A DNA stretch of 29,094 bases from contig DAHVOF010000085.1 in the NCBI GenBank assembly GCA_027318945.1, forward strand, positions 1 to 29,094, in the 5' to 3' direction. The notes below the pieces were generated by a model that was not told where the DNA came from, did not search any database, and saw nothing but the letters and a program-made list of their open reading frames with translations. This stretch comes from Actinomycetota bacterium. GTDB lineage: Bacteria > Actinomycetota > Acidimicrobiia > Acidimicrobiales > Acidimicrobiaceae. This document shows positions 18,952-28,392 of the stretch, in pieces; the first letter of the stretch is position 1; each line of letters begins with the position of its first letter. Both the position numbers and the translations under genes were made by a program.

Positions 18952-19453
18952 TAGCCGGCTCCTCTCCCTGCCGCCTTTGCCAAGGATCCGCCTGTGCCGC
19001 CGGATAGAGCCGAATGGGAATCCAAGATTCGCCAGTTCAGGGAATGGGAGGCACGCGGCTGCAAATCGATAAAGGTTGCAATAGCTCGCCCTCTCAAGCA
19101 GTTTCCGCCCCCAACAGTGGCACCCTCTTCGCGCGCCAAGGGCCCCCAGAGAACACTCCCGATAATGAACGATCCACTTGAAGTCGAACTCAAATCGAAA
19201 CTGGATCTCCAGATTCCGGGCAAGGCCTCACGTAAACCCATGGCATCTGCGACGCCAAAATTCGGCCCGCAAACGACACTCTTCGATCCACGAATCAATT
19301 CGACCCCTCCAACTGCAAGTGCTCCGCTCCCATCCCAATCCAATTCCGGGAATCCAAGGAGCATTCATACCGGAAGGCTGCTGACCCTGTACCCGCTCTA
19401 AAAATTTCGAATAACAGCATCGCAAATCCCACATGTAATACTGTTGCATTCGT

Positions 19454-19473
19454 TTGTATACAGTATCATACAA
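19454..19473. promoter_or_regulatory. Second copy of the putative GntR operator TTGTAT-N8-ATACAA
   Basis: TTGTATACAGTATCATACAA: same 6-8-6 inverted-repeat geometry as 8606-8625, in an AT-rich patch about 500 bp upstream of the CoA-transferase start. Confidence 0.65.
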
Positions 19474-20130
19474 TCATTGGGCTCGCAAAATATTAATGCG
19501 ATATAGGCCACATAAATGGACGCAGATCCTTACGAACTTGCAACTGCCAACCGGTATTTTCAACACATCGCTTCTAGCGATGGCCAGCAAATTTACCCGT
19601 TGCACGATTCCGACAGACAGCGCATGCTCTCCATCACAGCTCACGTCCTATGTGCAGCTTTCAAAGCGCACAAACCAATGTGGTTTCCACTTTGAACCGA
19701 TCCAAGTCAACAACGCCTACCCAGATCGAGCCGCTCAGCCGTTCCATTAATTCGAGAGTTGACTGTTGCGGTTCGGCATGCGGATTACCCGCGGGTATCT
19801 GTCCCGGCGACTTCACACTCGACTATTTCCACTACCGAAAGTGTCGGCGGGCTTCGACAGCTGAGTGAGAAGTTACTCCCTTCGACACAGCTGCTTCTGG
19901 CGACTTCATGTCGAACGATGCCTGGCAGACCGGAAGGCTATTCGGTCACAATTAGCGACCCTTTTCTAGTGGGTTTGAAATGTCCTATCAACGACCATCC
20001 ACCAGCTCAGAGGGCACTATATCTTTCCGGGCCAGCTTTTGTGGAGATTATTTCCGGTAATTCTCGGCTTATAACGCCCGAACTACGGACACAGGTGTTT
20101 CAACGTTTCGGACCAATAGGTTTGAACCCA

Positions 20131-20484
20131 TTAGAGGCGAGTGCACGCTGCTACAGCTTCTGCGTGATCAGCCGCAATCTCAACGCCTAATCTGACAAGT
20201 TCCACGACACGAGGATCGTCGACCTTGTAGTAAGTAAAGTGTCCTTCGCGTCTCGAAGTAATGAGACCGCAGTTCACTAGGCATAGAAGGTGGGTCGAAA
20301 CCCGGCTTTGTGCCAAACCTAATAAGGCCACACATTCGGTGCCAGTGTGCTCACCATCGACCAAAAATTCAACAAGAGCTAGCCGACTTGGATCGCTTAC
20401 CGCCTGGAAAAATTTTGCGAGAATCGTTCTTCCAGCAATGTTCGTGGGAATTAGCGGGGCTTCGCCCTCAAGAAGATCTGACAT
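20131..20484 (-). CDS. ArsR/SmtB-family metalloregulator, CmtR-like, probable mercury-responsive repressor
   Basis: AVSDPSRL, LGLAQSRVSTHLLCLVNCGL (CxxxC in helix 4), YYKV, C-terminal AAC; divergent from merA. Confidence 0.88.
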   Translation of the reverse strand: MSDLLEGEAPLIPTNIAGRTILAKFFQAVSDPSRLALVEFLVDGEHTGTECVALLGLAQSRVSTHLLCLVNCGLITSRREGHFTYYKVDDPRVVELVRLGVEIAADHAEAVAACTRL

Positions 20485-20563
20485 ATGGCCTCAATTCATT
20501 GTCTCTCAAAATTCTAAGAGATACCAAGGCATTGGCATTCATTGAGCTGATCGATTTCAGCCT

Positions 20564-20585
20564 TATATACGCAATTACGGATATA
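20564..20585. promoter_or_regulatory. Imperfect inverted repeat between arsR and merA, candidate ArsR operator
   Basis: TATATACG-CAATTA-CGGATATA (7 of 8 arm positions complementary); TATACT follows at 20592-20597. Confidence 0.5.
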
Positions 20586-20640
20586 TTGATGTATACTTTA
20601 CCTTGTTAGCTATTCCAACCCGTCGCCAAGGAGGAGTACT

Positions 20641-22290
20641 ATGACGGACTCCCGATACAGCGTCCTCGAGGTACGCGGAATGACCTGCGATGACTGTGCA
20701 GCGCACGTGACTTCAGCTCTTGAGAGGGCGGGCGCAAAGGACGTTTCTGTGGCGTGGCAGGATGGAGAGGCAAAGTTTTCTTGGCCCTTGGAAATACCTG
20801 AGGCAGCTTTGCGCGCCGAGGTGAGTAGCGCTGGTTATCAGCCTGGGTTCCTTAGAGTTTTGGATGATTCAAGCAAACTACCCGGGGATTCCGAAGCGGA
20901 TTATGACCTGCTCGTCATAGGTGCTGGATCTGCAGCTTTCGCAGCCGCCATCAAAGCGACTGAGGCAGGCTACCGTGTTGCGTTGGTCGAGCAGGGTACT
21001 CTCGGTGGAACCTGTGTAAATGTCGGATGTGTGCCGTCCAAGGCACTATTGAGGGCTGGCGAGGCCGCTTGGTCTACAGAACATCATCCTTTCCAAGGTG
21101 TAAAAGCAATACTTGAATCGGTCAATTTGGCCAAAGTGGTCACTCAAAAAGATCAGCTGGTAAATACGCTTCGTCAGGTCAAGTACGCTGATCTGGTAGA
21201 AGATTACGGCTTTACCGTTATAGACGGGCACGCCCGTTTTAGCGGAGAAAGTACCGTTGAAGTCGACGGAAAGCGGATAACTGCTTTAAAGATTCTGATC
21301 GCCACCGGAGCGTCTCCTAGCATACCTCCGATTCCCGGACTAGGTGAATCTGGGTATTTGACCTCCACGACTGCGCTCGAACTCGAGGCGGTGCCTGATT
21401 CAATAGCGGTCATTGGTGCCAATGCCATAGGTCTCGAACTTGGCCAGTTTTTTCTTCACCTCGGTTCAAAGGTGACTTTCATCGACGTCGCAGATCGAAT
21501 CGCGCCTTTTGAAGAGCCGGAAATATCTGAGGCGATGAGACAACTATTAACTTCGCAGGGAGCGACAATCTATACTTCAGCGAACGTTACTGCCATAGCA
21601 TTAGCAGATGAGCGACGCGTCATCCACCTCAATGTCGGCACCGAAGCACAGGATGTTGTTGTCGATGAGATACTGGTTGCCACGGGGCGCCGTCCAAATA
21701 CTGAGGATCTCGGTCTTGCGGAAGCCGGGATTCAGACCGACGCCAGAGGCGCTATCGAAGTTGACGACCAGCTGCGAACCACCAATCGCAATGTCTACGC
21801 AGCTGGCGACGTCACAGGCGCGCCGCAATTCGTGTACGTTTCAGCTTACGAAGGTGCCTTGGCAGTAGATAATGCGCTCTTGGGAACTGTTAGAGCCATT
21901 GATTTCAGGGGGCTTCCAAAAGTTACGTTCACGTCTCCCCAATTAGCATCAGCCGGACTCACGGAATCACAGGCTCGAGAAGCAGGATTCGAAGTCGTGA
22001 CGTCGATTCTTCCAATTGATGCGATTCCCAGGGCTCTGGTCAATCATGACACTGCTGGCCTTTTCAAGCTTGTAGCAGAGGTCAAGACTGGAAAGTTATT
22101 GGGAGCGTCGATCATGGCGGACGGTGCTGCCGAGGTGATCCAGTCGGCGGTGCTAGCTATCAAATACGGCATTTCCATCGAGGACTTGGCGTCTACTTTC
22201 CATCCATACTTGACCATGGCCGAAGGTCTGAAGCTCGCCGCGCAAACCTTCACTAGGGACGTGCACAAACTTTCGTGTTGTGCCGCCTAG
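20641..22290 (+). CDS. merA: Mercuric reductase
   Basis: N-terminal GMTCDDC metal-binding domain, GAGSAA FAD motif, GGTCVNVGCVPSK redox dithiol, FHPYLTMAEGLKLAAQTF, C-terminal LSCCAA vicinal Cys pair; AAGGAGGAG SD. Confidence 0.97.
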   Translation: MTDSRYSVLEVRGMTCDDCAAHVTSALERAGAKDVSVAWQDGEAKFSWPLEIPEAALRAEVSSAGYQPGFLRVLDDSSKLPGDSEADYDLLVIGAGSAAFAAAIKATEAGYRVALVEQGTLGGTCVNVGCVPSKALLRAGEAAWSTEHHPFQGVKAILESVNLAKVVTQKDQLVNTLRQVKYADLVEDYGFTVIDGHARFSGESTVEVDGKRITALKILIATGASPSIPPIPGLGESGYLTSTTALELEAVPDSIAVIGANAIGLELGQFFLHLGSKVTFIDVADRIAPFEEPEISEAMRQLLTSQGATIYTSANVTAIALADERRVIHLNVGTEAQDVVVDEILVATGRRPNTEDLGLAEAGIQTDARGAIEVDDQLRTTNRNVYAAGDVTGAPQFVYVSAYEGALAVDNALLGTVRAIDFRGLPKVTFTSPQLASAGLTESQAREAGFEVVTSILPIDAIPRALVNHDTAGLFKLVAEVKTGKLLGASIMADGAAEVIQSAVLAIKYGISIEDLASTFHPYLTMAEGLKLAAQTFTRDVHKLSCCAA

Positions 22291-22668
22291 CGCGTGGAAG
22301 AGAGCAGAAAGGCCCTACGGAAGGGGTCCTGATTCCTCGTGCCCGATTGTCCTCGACGAACAACCACGGCGCATTCTGGGCAGTTGCAGAAGTTGGAGGT
22401 GCTGCGAGACCGCGAACGCCGGCCAGTCCTCCCGTGAGGAGATGTGTGCAATAGAATAATGTTGCTCTCGGAAACACGTGGTGGAGTCACAATGATTGCC
22501 AGCACCGCTAGGTATTCGACGGGCGGTCGCTCAGACGGTTTTCGTTCCGCATCGCGATCCCAGTATTCCTGATCTCCCAACGAGTTGTCGCCGAGAGCAG
22601 CCAACCCTGATTCGGCATAAAGCGAAAATTTCGGTCTTTTACCAACACGCTTGAAAAGACGACGCCAC

Positions 22669-22703
22669 TACTGAGTATTATCTATAGTGACTAGTAATCA
22701 GTA
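22669..22703. promoter_or_regulatory. Imperfect inverted repeat upstream of marR, candidate MarR operator
   Basis: TACTGAGTATTA-N11-TAGTAATCAGTA (10 of 12 complementary), ending 11 bp before the ATG; TTGAAA (22651) and TATTAT (22676) are possible -35/-10 with a 19-nt spacer. Confidence 0.5.
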
Positions 22704-22714
22704 ATTATGGAAAC

Positions 22715-23248
22715 ATGGAGGCTGGCTTGAACTCCGCCCCAAAACAACGGACACAACACGCTGAAACAGACGAATTGTCTGATGAGCTAGGCGAGCTTGT
22801 GACCACTGTCGCCAGACGACTTAGGCGCAACTCCAAACTGAGACTGTCAACCTTGGGCATCTCCTTCTCTCAAGCGCATGTTCTTCGAACTCTGGCCCGG
22901 GCTTCTGCGCCGATGCGGATGTCGGAGATCGCCCGAGCGATCGAAATCGTGCCCCGCGCTGTAACGGCCATTGTCGAAGCACTCGAGTCAAAAGGGCTAG
23001 TGCGGCGTGAAATAGACACGCAAGACCGCAGGTTCGTGATAGTGGTCCTCACTTCGACAGCTCAAGGACTGCTTTCCGAACTTGCCAGGGCGAGAAGCGA
23101 AGCCTCTGCCATCATGTTTGGAAATATGGACAAAGACACGAAAAAAGCCCTACTTGAAAACCTCTCCTCTCTGATAGCCGCCACAGAGCACATATCGCCA
23201 TCAGGCAGATACGAACCCGAAAAGAATGACGGCGGTGAAACACCATGA
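22715..23248 (+). CDS. MarR-family transcriptional regulator
   Basis: MRMSEIARAI.IVPRAVT.IV.ALE.KGLVRR..D.QDRR motif; ATGA overlap with the ABC gene. Confidence 0.9.
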   Translation: MEAGLNSAPKQRTQHAETDELSDELGELVTTVARRLRRNSKLRLSTLGISFSQAHVLRTLARASAPMRMSEIARAIEIVPRAVTAIVEALESKGLVRREIDTQDRRFVIVVLTSTAQGLLSELARARSEASAIMFGNMDKDTKKALLENLSSLIAATEHISPSGRYEPEKNDGGETP

Positions 23249-25167
23249 TGAGGCCGGGCGGCATGGTCGGCGGCGGCATGGGAATGGGCCGCGGAGGTTC
23301 ATTCCGATCCCTATTCCGGGATCGATCAGTGACAGAAATGAGCGTTTCAAAGGGAACCTTCCGGCGGATACTCGGCTATTTGCATCCCTATCGCAAACGG
23401 CTGGCCATCTTTTTGACCCTCCTCGTTTTCGACTCGCTCATCACGGTCGCTAATCCACTGATCTATCGCGAGATCATTGACCGCGGCATTCTCGGAAAGA
23501 ATGTGCATCTCATTATCTTCTTGGCGATAGCCGTGGGCGGCTTGGCAATTTTGGACTCAGCACTCGCGCTCGGCGAACAATTGAACTCCGCAAAGATAGG
23601 CCAGGGCATAGTCTTCGACCTCAGGACCAAAGTCTTCTCGCATATACAGAGGATGCCGATCGCTTTCTTCACGCGCGCGCAAACAGGCGCGCTTGTGTCT
23701 CGACTCAACGTGGACGTCCTTGGCGCTCAGCAGGCCCTGTCAGACATCCTGTCCAATGTGATCGGAAACATCTTGAGCGTTGTAATGGTGATAGCGGCCA
23801 TGTTTTTCATGTCCTGGCAGATAACCCTCGTCGCGCTGGCGATAGTTCCCCTGTTCACGATTCCCGCGCGCTACATGGGCCACCGCCTTGGTTCCATAGC
23901 TCGGGAGAGTTACGAACTCGCCGCGGAGATGAATACGACCATGGCCGAGCGATTCAATGTTTCCGGCGCACTACTCGTAAAGCTGTTCGGCCGGACCGGC
24001 GAGGAAGACTCTTCGTTCTCACGCAGAGCGGGACGCGTAAGGGACATTGGCGTGACCCAGGCACTGTATGCACGCATTCTCTTCATCTCTCTCACCATAA
24101 CCGCCGCATTCGCAACGGCTCTGGTATATGGCTGGGGAGGAATCCTCTCCGTGCACGGAACTCTTCAGGTCGGCACGCTCGTTGCAATGACCGCGTATCT
24201 GGGCAGGCTTTATGGTCCCCTTACGCAGCTGTCGAACATAAACGTTGACGTAATGACCGCGCTGGTCTCGTTTGATCGGGTCTTCGAAGTGTTGGATTTG
24301 GAGCCGACGATCAAAGACGACGAGCTTGCCGAGCCCATGGGGCGGGGGCCGGCGACCGTTGAGTTTCACCATGTCGACTTCGCTTACCCGAGAGCCGATG
24401 AAGTATCGCTCGCCTCCCTCGAGTCCGTAGCGATCCCGGAAAGCCACCAACCGCAACAGGTTCTTGCCGATGTCAGCTTCCGGGCGGATCCCGGAAAGAT
24501 GGTTGCTCTCGTCGGACCTTCGGGAGCTGGTAAAACAACGATAATCCAGCTTGTTGCGCGCCTTTATGACGTGAAATCAGGAAGTGTCAGAATAAACGGA
24601 ACGGATGTAAGAAAGCTCAGCCTTGACTCGCTTCGCAAAGCTGTGGGCATGGTCACCCAGGATGCTCACATGTTCCACGACACCATACGTGCAAACCTGT
24701 TGTATGCGAAGCCGGATGCCAGCGAAGCGGAGATGATTGAAGCTCTCGACGCAGCGCAGATACTTCGCCTGATAGACAGCCTTCCCGAGGGCCTTGACAC
24801 CTTGGTCGGAGAGCGCGGCTACCGGCTGTCCGGCGGGGAGAAGCAAAGGATAGCCATTGCGCGTCTGCTGCTCAAAGCGCCCGACATCGTCGTGCTTGAC
24901 GAGGCGACGGCGCATCTGGATTCGGAGTCGGAACTCGAAGTCCAAAAAGCTCTAAAGCACGCGCTAGCGGGCCGCACATCCCTGGTCATAGCGCACAGGC
25001 TCTCCACGGTTCGCGATGCCGACCTCATCGTGGTTGTTGACGGGGGCCGCATTGTCGAGCAAGGCAGCCACGACCAGCTGCTAAGTCACGGCGGGCTTTA
25101 TGCCGAGCTCTATAGGACCCAGTTCAGAGTGCAGGATTCGCCCGCAATCCCGTCTGAAGCGGTGTGA
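23245..25167 (+). CDS. ABCB-type (MsbA/Sav1866-like) exporter, fused TMD-NBD half transporter
   Basis: Hydrophobic N-terminal domain; GPSGAGKTT, LSGGEKQRIAIAR, VLDEATAHLD, IAHRLST. Confidence 0.93.
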   Translation: MMRPGGMVGGGMGMGRGGSFRSLFRDRSVTEMSVSKGTFRRILGYLHPYRKRLAIFLTLLVFDSLITVANPLIYREIIDRGILGKNVHLIIFLAIAVGGLAILDSALALGEQLNSAKIGQGIVFDLRTKVFSHIQRMPIAFFTRAQTGALVSRLNVDVLGAQQALSDILSNVIGNILSVVMVIAAMFFMSWQITLVALAIVPLFTIPARYMGHRLGSIARESYELAAEMNTTMAERFNVSGALLVKLFGRTGEEDSSFSRRAGRVRDIGVTQALYARILFISLTITAAFATALVYGWGGILSVHGTLQVGTLVAMTAYLGRLYGPLTQLSNINVDVMTALVSFDRVFEVLDLEPTIKDDELAEPMGRGPATVEFHHVDFAYPRADEVSLASLESVAIPESHQPQQVLADVSFRADPGKMVALVGPSGAGKTTIIQLVARLYDVKSGSVRINGTDVRKLSLDSLRKAVGMVTQDAHMFHDTIRANLLYAKPDASEAEMIEALDAAQILRLIDSLPEGLDTLVGERGYRLSGGEKQRIAIARLLLKAPDIVVLDEATAHLDSESELEVQKALKHALAGRTSLVIAHRLSTVRDADLIVVVDGGRIVEQGSHDQLLSHGGLYAELYRTQFRVQDSPAIPSEAV

Positions 25168-25175
25168 CAATTAAT

Positions 25176-25215
25176 ATGCGCAAAAACACTAGGTTTGCAT
25201 GCGCAAAAACGCTAG
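25176..25215. repeat. Two 17-bp direct repeats with a 23-bp period, upstream of the AAA pseudogene
   Basis: ATGCGCAAAAACACTAG (25176-25192) and ATGCGCAAAAACGCTAG (25199-25215), one mismatch. Confidence 0.7.
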
Positions 25216-25224
25216 ACCAAATTT

Positions 25225-26465
25225 GTGCGAAGTGATAGCCACATAACACGAAGAGTTGACAAAGAACTTGACGAACTCATGAAGTTCTCTCCTGCGATCA
25301 TGATCGGCGGACCACGCGCCGTCGGCAAGAACACGACAGCCAGACACCATGTACGTGACGTCATCCAATTGGACTCACCTTCGCGATCTTAGGAATTTCG
25401 GGCTGACCCAGATGCCGCGCTCGAGTCGGTAAAAGAACCAGTCCTCCTAGATGAGTGGCAAGAAGTGCCACAAATCCTCGGTGCTGTAAAGCGTTCCGTG
25501 GATCTGGACCATCGACCCGGCCGCTTCATTTTGGCAGGAAGCTCGGCGGCGCATATTGACCAGTCGACATGGCCCGGTACTGGACGCATTAGCGAACTCA
25601 ACATGTTCGGCGTGACCGTGGCGGAAAAGCTTGGGCATCCCTCTAGCGAATTTTTCCAACGCCTTCAGTCAAAGAAACCAGGGGAGTTTCCGAGAACAAA
25701 TGGCCCCCAAAGCTAAGAGACTATCTTCGCCTTGCGCTCGAAAGTGGATTTCCCCAAGCCATTCACCTTGACGAGACTCATAGACGAATCTGGCTGACAA
25801 GCTACTTGCAAAATGCTTTGTCAAAAGACGCAATCCCAAAGGGCTCCCGAAGAAGTTCTGGAACAGCACTCAGGTGTTTCACTGCGATAGCTTCGACTCT
25901 GGCCACAAACACAGAAGAAACCTCTATTCGTCGAGCTGTTGGAATTACGAGAGATACCTACCTGGCCTATGAAAGTATGCTCCAAGAGATCCGGGCGATC
26001 GAGTTGGTACCTGGCTGGTCGGCAAATCACCTGTCACGTCTTCGCAAGTCCGCTAAGAGATACGTGGTGGACACTGCTTTGGCAGCAACAGCCCTTGGGC
26101 AGGACTTGAAGAGCATTGCAAGCAACGGAGACCTTCTTGGAAATGTCCTAGACAACTTTGTACTCTCGCAGCTCCGTCCTGAGATTGTCTCACCAAGCTC
26201 AAACTTGCAGGCATTTCATCTCAGGAAGGAATCGGGTCGTCACGAGGTCGACATTCTTATCGAGGTTTCGGGCAAAGGCGTCTTAGCACTGGAGGTCAAC
26301 GCGACGGCATCACCTGGCATCGCAGATGCGCGGCACCTTGTATGGCTCAAAAATCAACTGGGCGAGCGATTTATCGCCGGGGCGGTAATGCATACGGGAC
26401 CTGCGCCCTTTCTCCTGGAATCCAAGGTCTTGGCATTGCCCATCTACACAATTTGGAATCAATAG
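25225..26465 (+). pseudogene. AAA_14/DUF4143 family ATP-binding protein, disrupted
   Basis: From GTG 25225: HITRRVD..GPRAVGKN (Walker A), in-frame TAG at 25390-25392, VLLDEWQ (Walker B), RFILAGS. A frameshift shortly before 25713 leads into LRDYLRLALESGFP..WLTSYL, KRYVVDTAL, GRHEVDILIE, LALPIYTIW*. Confidence 0.88.
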
Positions 26466-26643
26466 AAAGCGCGCGCTCCGAGGTGACAAGCATTTCTGCC
26501 CTTCCTAGCACCGAGGGAGCGCGTATCTAGGTTTTCACCATACAACTAGTTCACGTGACGCCGACGCAACTGCCAGTGTCCCGCCGCAAAGGCCAGCGCG
26601 ATCCATTCCACAAGAACGGCCGCTCCAGGAACGACTCTTAGGG

Positions 26644-28284
26644 CTAGCTCTCCCCGAGATCCTCATCCACCAGCACGTCGACAATTGCTGGTCCATCATG
26701 CGCGAAGGCCCATTCGAGCGCTGAGTCGAGCTCGGATTGACTCGTTACAAGTCGTCCCTCCACGCCAAAACCTCGTGCGAGACTCACTATGTCGATAATC
26801 GGAGGCGAGAGGTCGACACCCATGAACTCGCCCCTTTCGACGGCGTGGCCTTTATATGCGACAAGGCCGGCCTTGACGGCTAGAAATTTCCTGTTGTTCG
26901 GAACGACCACTTTCACCGGAAGCTTCTCCCTGGCTGCCGTCCAGAGAGCCTGAATGGAAAACATCAGGCTTCCGTCGCCAATGTATGCCAGAACCGGACG
27001 ATCCGGCCAAGCCAGCTGCACCCCAAGAGCAGCCGGCAGCCCCCACCCGAGCCCTCCTCCGCTTGTATGGAAGTAGTTGCCGGGACGCAGGGGGTAGTTT
27101 GCAAGCAGAGCTGGCGAAGACCTGATTGATTCATCCACTACCGCGGTATCTGGCGGCGCGATTCTCGCTAGTGCCCGTGACAGCATCGCCACATTGCAGC
27201 GTGCCGAGAGGTCCGTGAGGCGATCGGCGATCTCGCCACCGCCCGATCCATTGCTGGCCGCGCGCCAATCTCTGTAAACATGCTGGATCTGAGCATCGGA
27301 GTCACCGCTGCAAAGCTCTTCGAGAACCGCCGCAACGCTGGCGACCAGTCCAATGGAAGGCTGATAGAGCTTGCCCACCTCGTAAGAATTCCGGTGGACA
27401 TGTATCAGCTGAGCATCTTTTGGCACGTCTGGTTGTTTGACCGGCGAAAATTCGACTGACAGTCGCGGCCCGAGGGCAAGTATCACGTCGGCGCCTCTGA
27501 CCAAGGGGTGGCCGCTCGTGTATTCGCCCGCGTAGTTCTTGAAATCGGTGGCCACGTTCCAGGTGGCAGCAGATCTCCGAGATTCCTGGAGCACGGGTAT
27601 GCCCCACAGCTCCGAAAACCTCTCGAGCAGCTCTGCCGCACCCGTGGCGGATACCTCGTCTCCGGCGATGCAGATAGGAGTGCGCGCATTTGAAAGCATC
27701 TTTTTCACCGCGCTCATCTGATCCGTCGAAGGGACGAAGCTCTCCGAGACGCGACCGTTCTCCCTTATGTCCCTGCCATCGATCTCCATACCGAGCATGT
27801 CTTCTGGATATGCAAGGAATACAGGCCCAGATGGCGAGCTTCCGGCAATCTTTATAGCTCGGCCGATCTCTTGGGGAATCTGCTCGGCCACCACTCCCTG
27901 CCACGCCCACTTCGTGACAGGACGCGCCCACCCCGGGAGGTCGGGCCCTACGCAGAAGCCGTCGCGACCGAGGATCTCAGAGTGCTTGTGGGTCGCGATC
28001 GTGACAACCGGAGAGCTGTCCTTCCACGCATTGAAAAGAGCGGTAAGCCCGTTGCCGAGCCCCACCGTGGTGTGCAGGTTGGCGACCGATGGCCTGCCCG
28101 TAGCTCGGGCAAAGCCGTCAGCCATTCCAACGACAACGCCTTCGTGCAGGCCCAGAATATAGTGGGTCTCTGGATAGTCAAGAAGCGCGTCCAGCAATGG
28201 GGCTTCGGTGCTTCCCGGCAGTCCAAAGATATGAAAGATGCCGTTGTGCTGCAACATTTCGATCAATGCAGCTGCAGATCGCAA
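26644..28284 (-). CDS. ThDP-dependent 2-oxoacid decarboxylase, benzoylformate decarboxylase (MdlC)-like
   Basis: IFGLPGSTE, HE..VVGMADG, NLH..VGLGN, GGLGWGLPAALGVQLA, IGDGS...NN (ThDP motif). Start moved to TTG 28284, 7 nt after GAGGAG. Confidence 0.85.
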   Translation of the reverse strand: MRSAAALIEMLQHNGIFHIFGLPGSTEAPLLDALLDYPETHYILGLHEGVVVGMADGFARATGRPSVANLHTTVGLGNGLTALFNAWKDSSPVVTIATHKHSEILGRDGFCVGPDLPGWARPVTKWAWQGVVAEQIPQEIGRAIKIAGSSPSGPVFLAYPEDMLGMEIDGRDIRENGRVSESFVPSTDQMSAVKKMLSNARTPICIAGDEVSATGAAELLERFSELWGIPVLQESRRSAATWNVATDFKNYAGEYTSGHPLVRGADVILALGPRLSVEFSPVKQPDVPKDAQLIHVHRNSYEVGKLYQPSIGLVASVAAVLEELCSGDSDAQIQHVYRDWRAASNGSGGGEIADRLTDLSARCNVAMLSRALARIAPPDTAVVDESIRSSPALLANYPLRPGNYFHTSGGGLGWGLPAALGVQLAWPDRPVLAYIGDGSLMFSIQALWTAAREKLPVKVVVPNNRKFLAVKAGLVAYKGHAVERGEFMGVDLSPPIIDIVSLARGFGVEGRLVTSQSELDSALEWAFAHDGPAIVDVLVDEDLGES

Positions 28285-28392
28285 GATGACTCTCCTCAAG
28301 TTAAAGGCTGTGCCAAATCATTCGGTGGTGGAGGCTATGCGTTTCCAGTGCCGAACCCAGGCCAGCTCGCGTAAATTACAGCCATTGAATAA

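Noticed and set aside
19865-19970. YSLRHS in a short plus-strand frame resembles the tyrosine recombinase HxLRH motif
   Set aside because: The frame is about 35 codons between stops, with no downstream LGH or Tyr motif.
22287-22604. 105-aa minus-strand ORF containing CxCPEC
   Set aside because: No recognisable family or SD; one Cys cluster is not enough to call a transposase Zn finger or mer gene.
6933-25392. Two genes interrupted by in-frame TAG, suggesting amber recoding
   Set aside because: TAG terminates intact genes here (merA, thioesterase), and the AAA gene also has a frameshift, so ordinary pseudogenisation is simpler.
26472-26523. Inverted repeat CGCGCTCC...GGAGCGCG between convergent genes
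   Set aside because: 36-nt loop and no U-tract; too weak to call a terminator.
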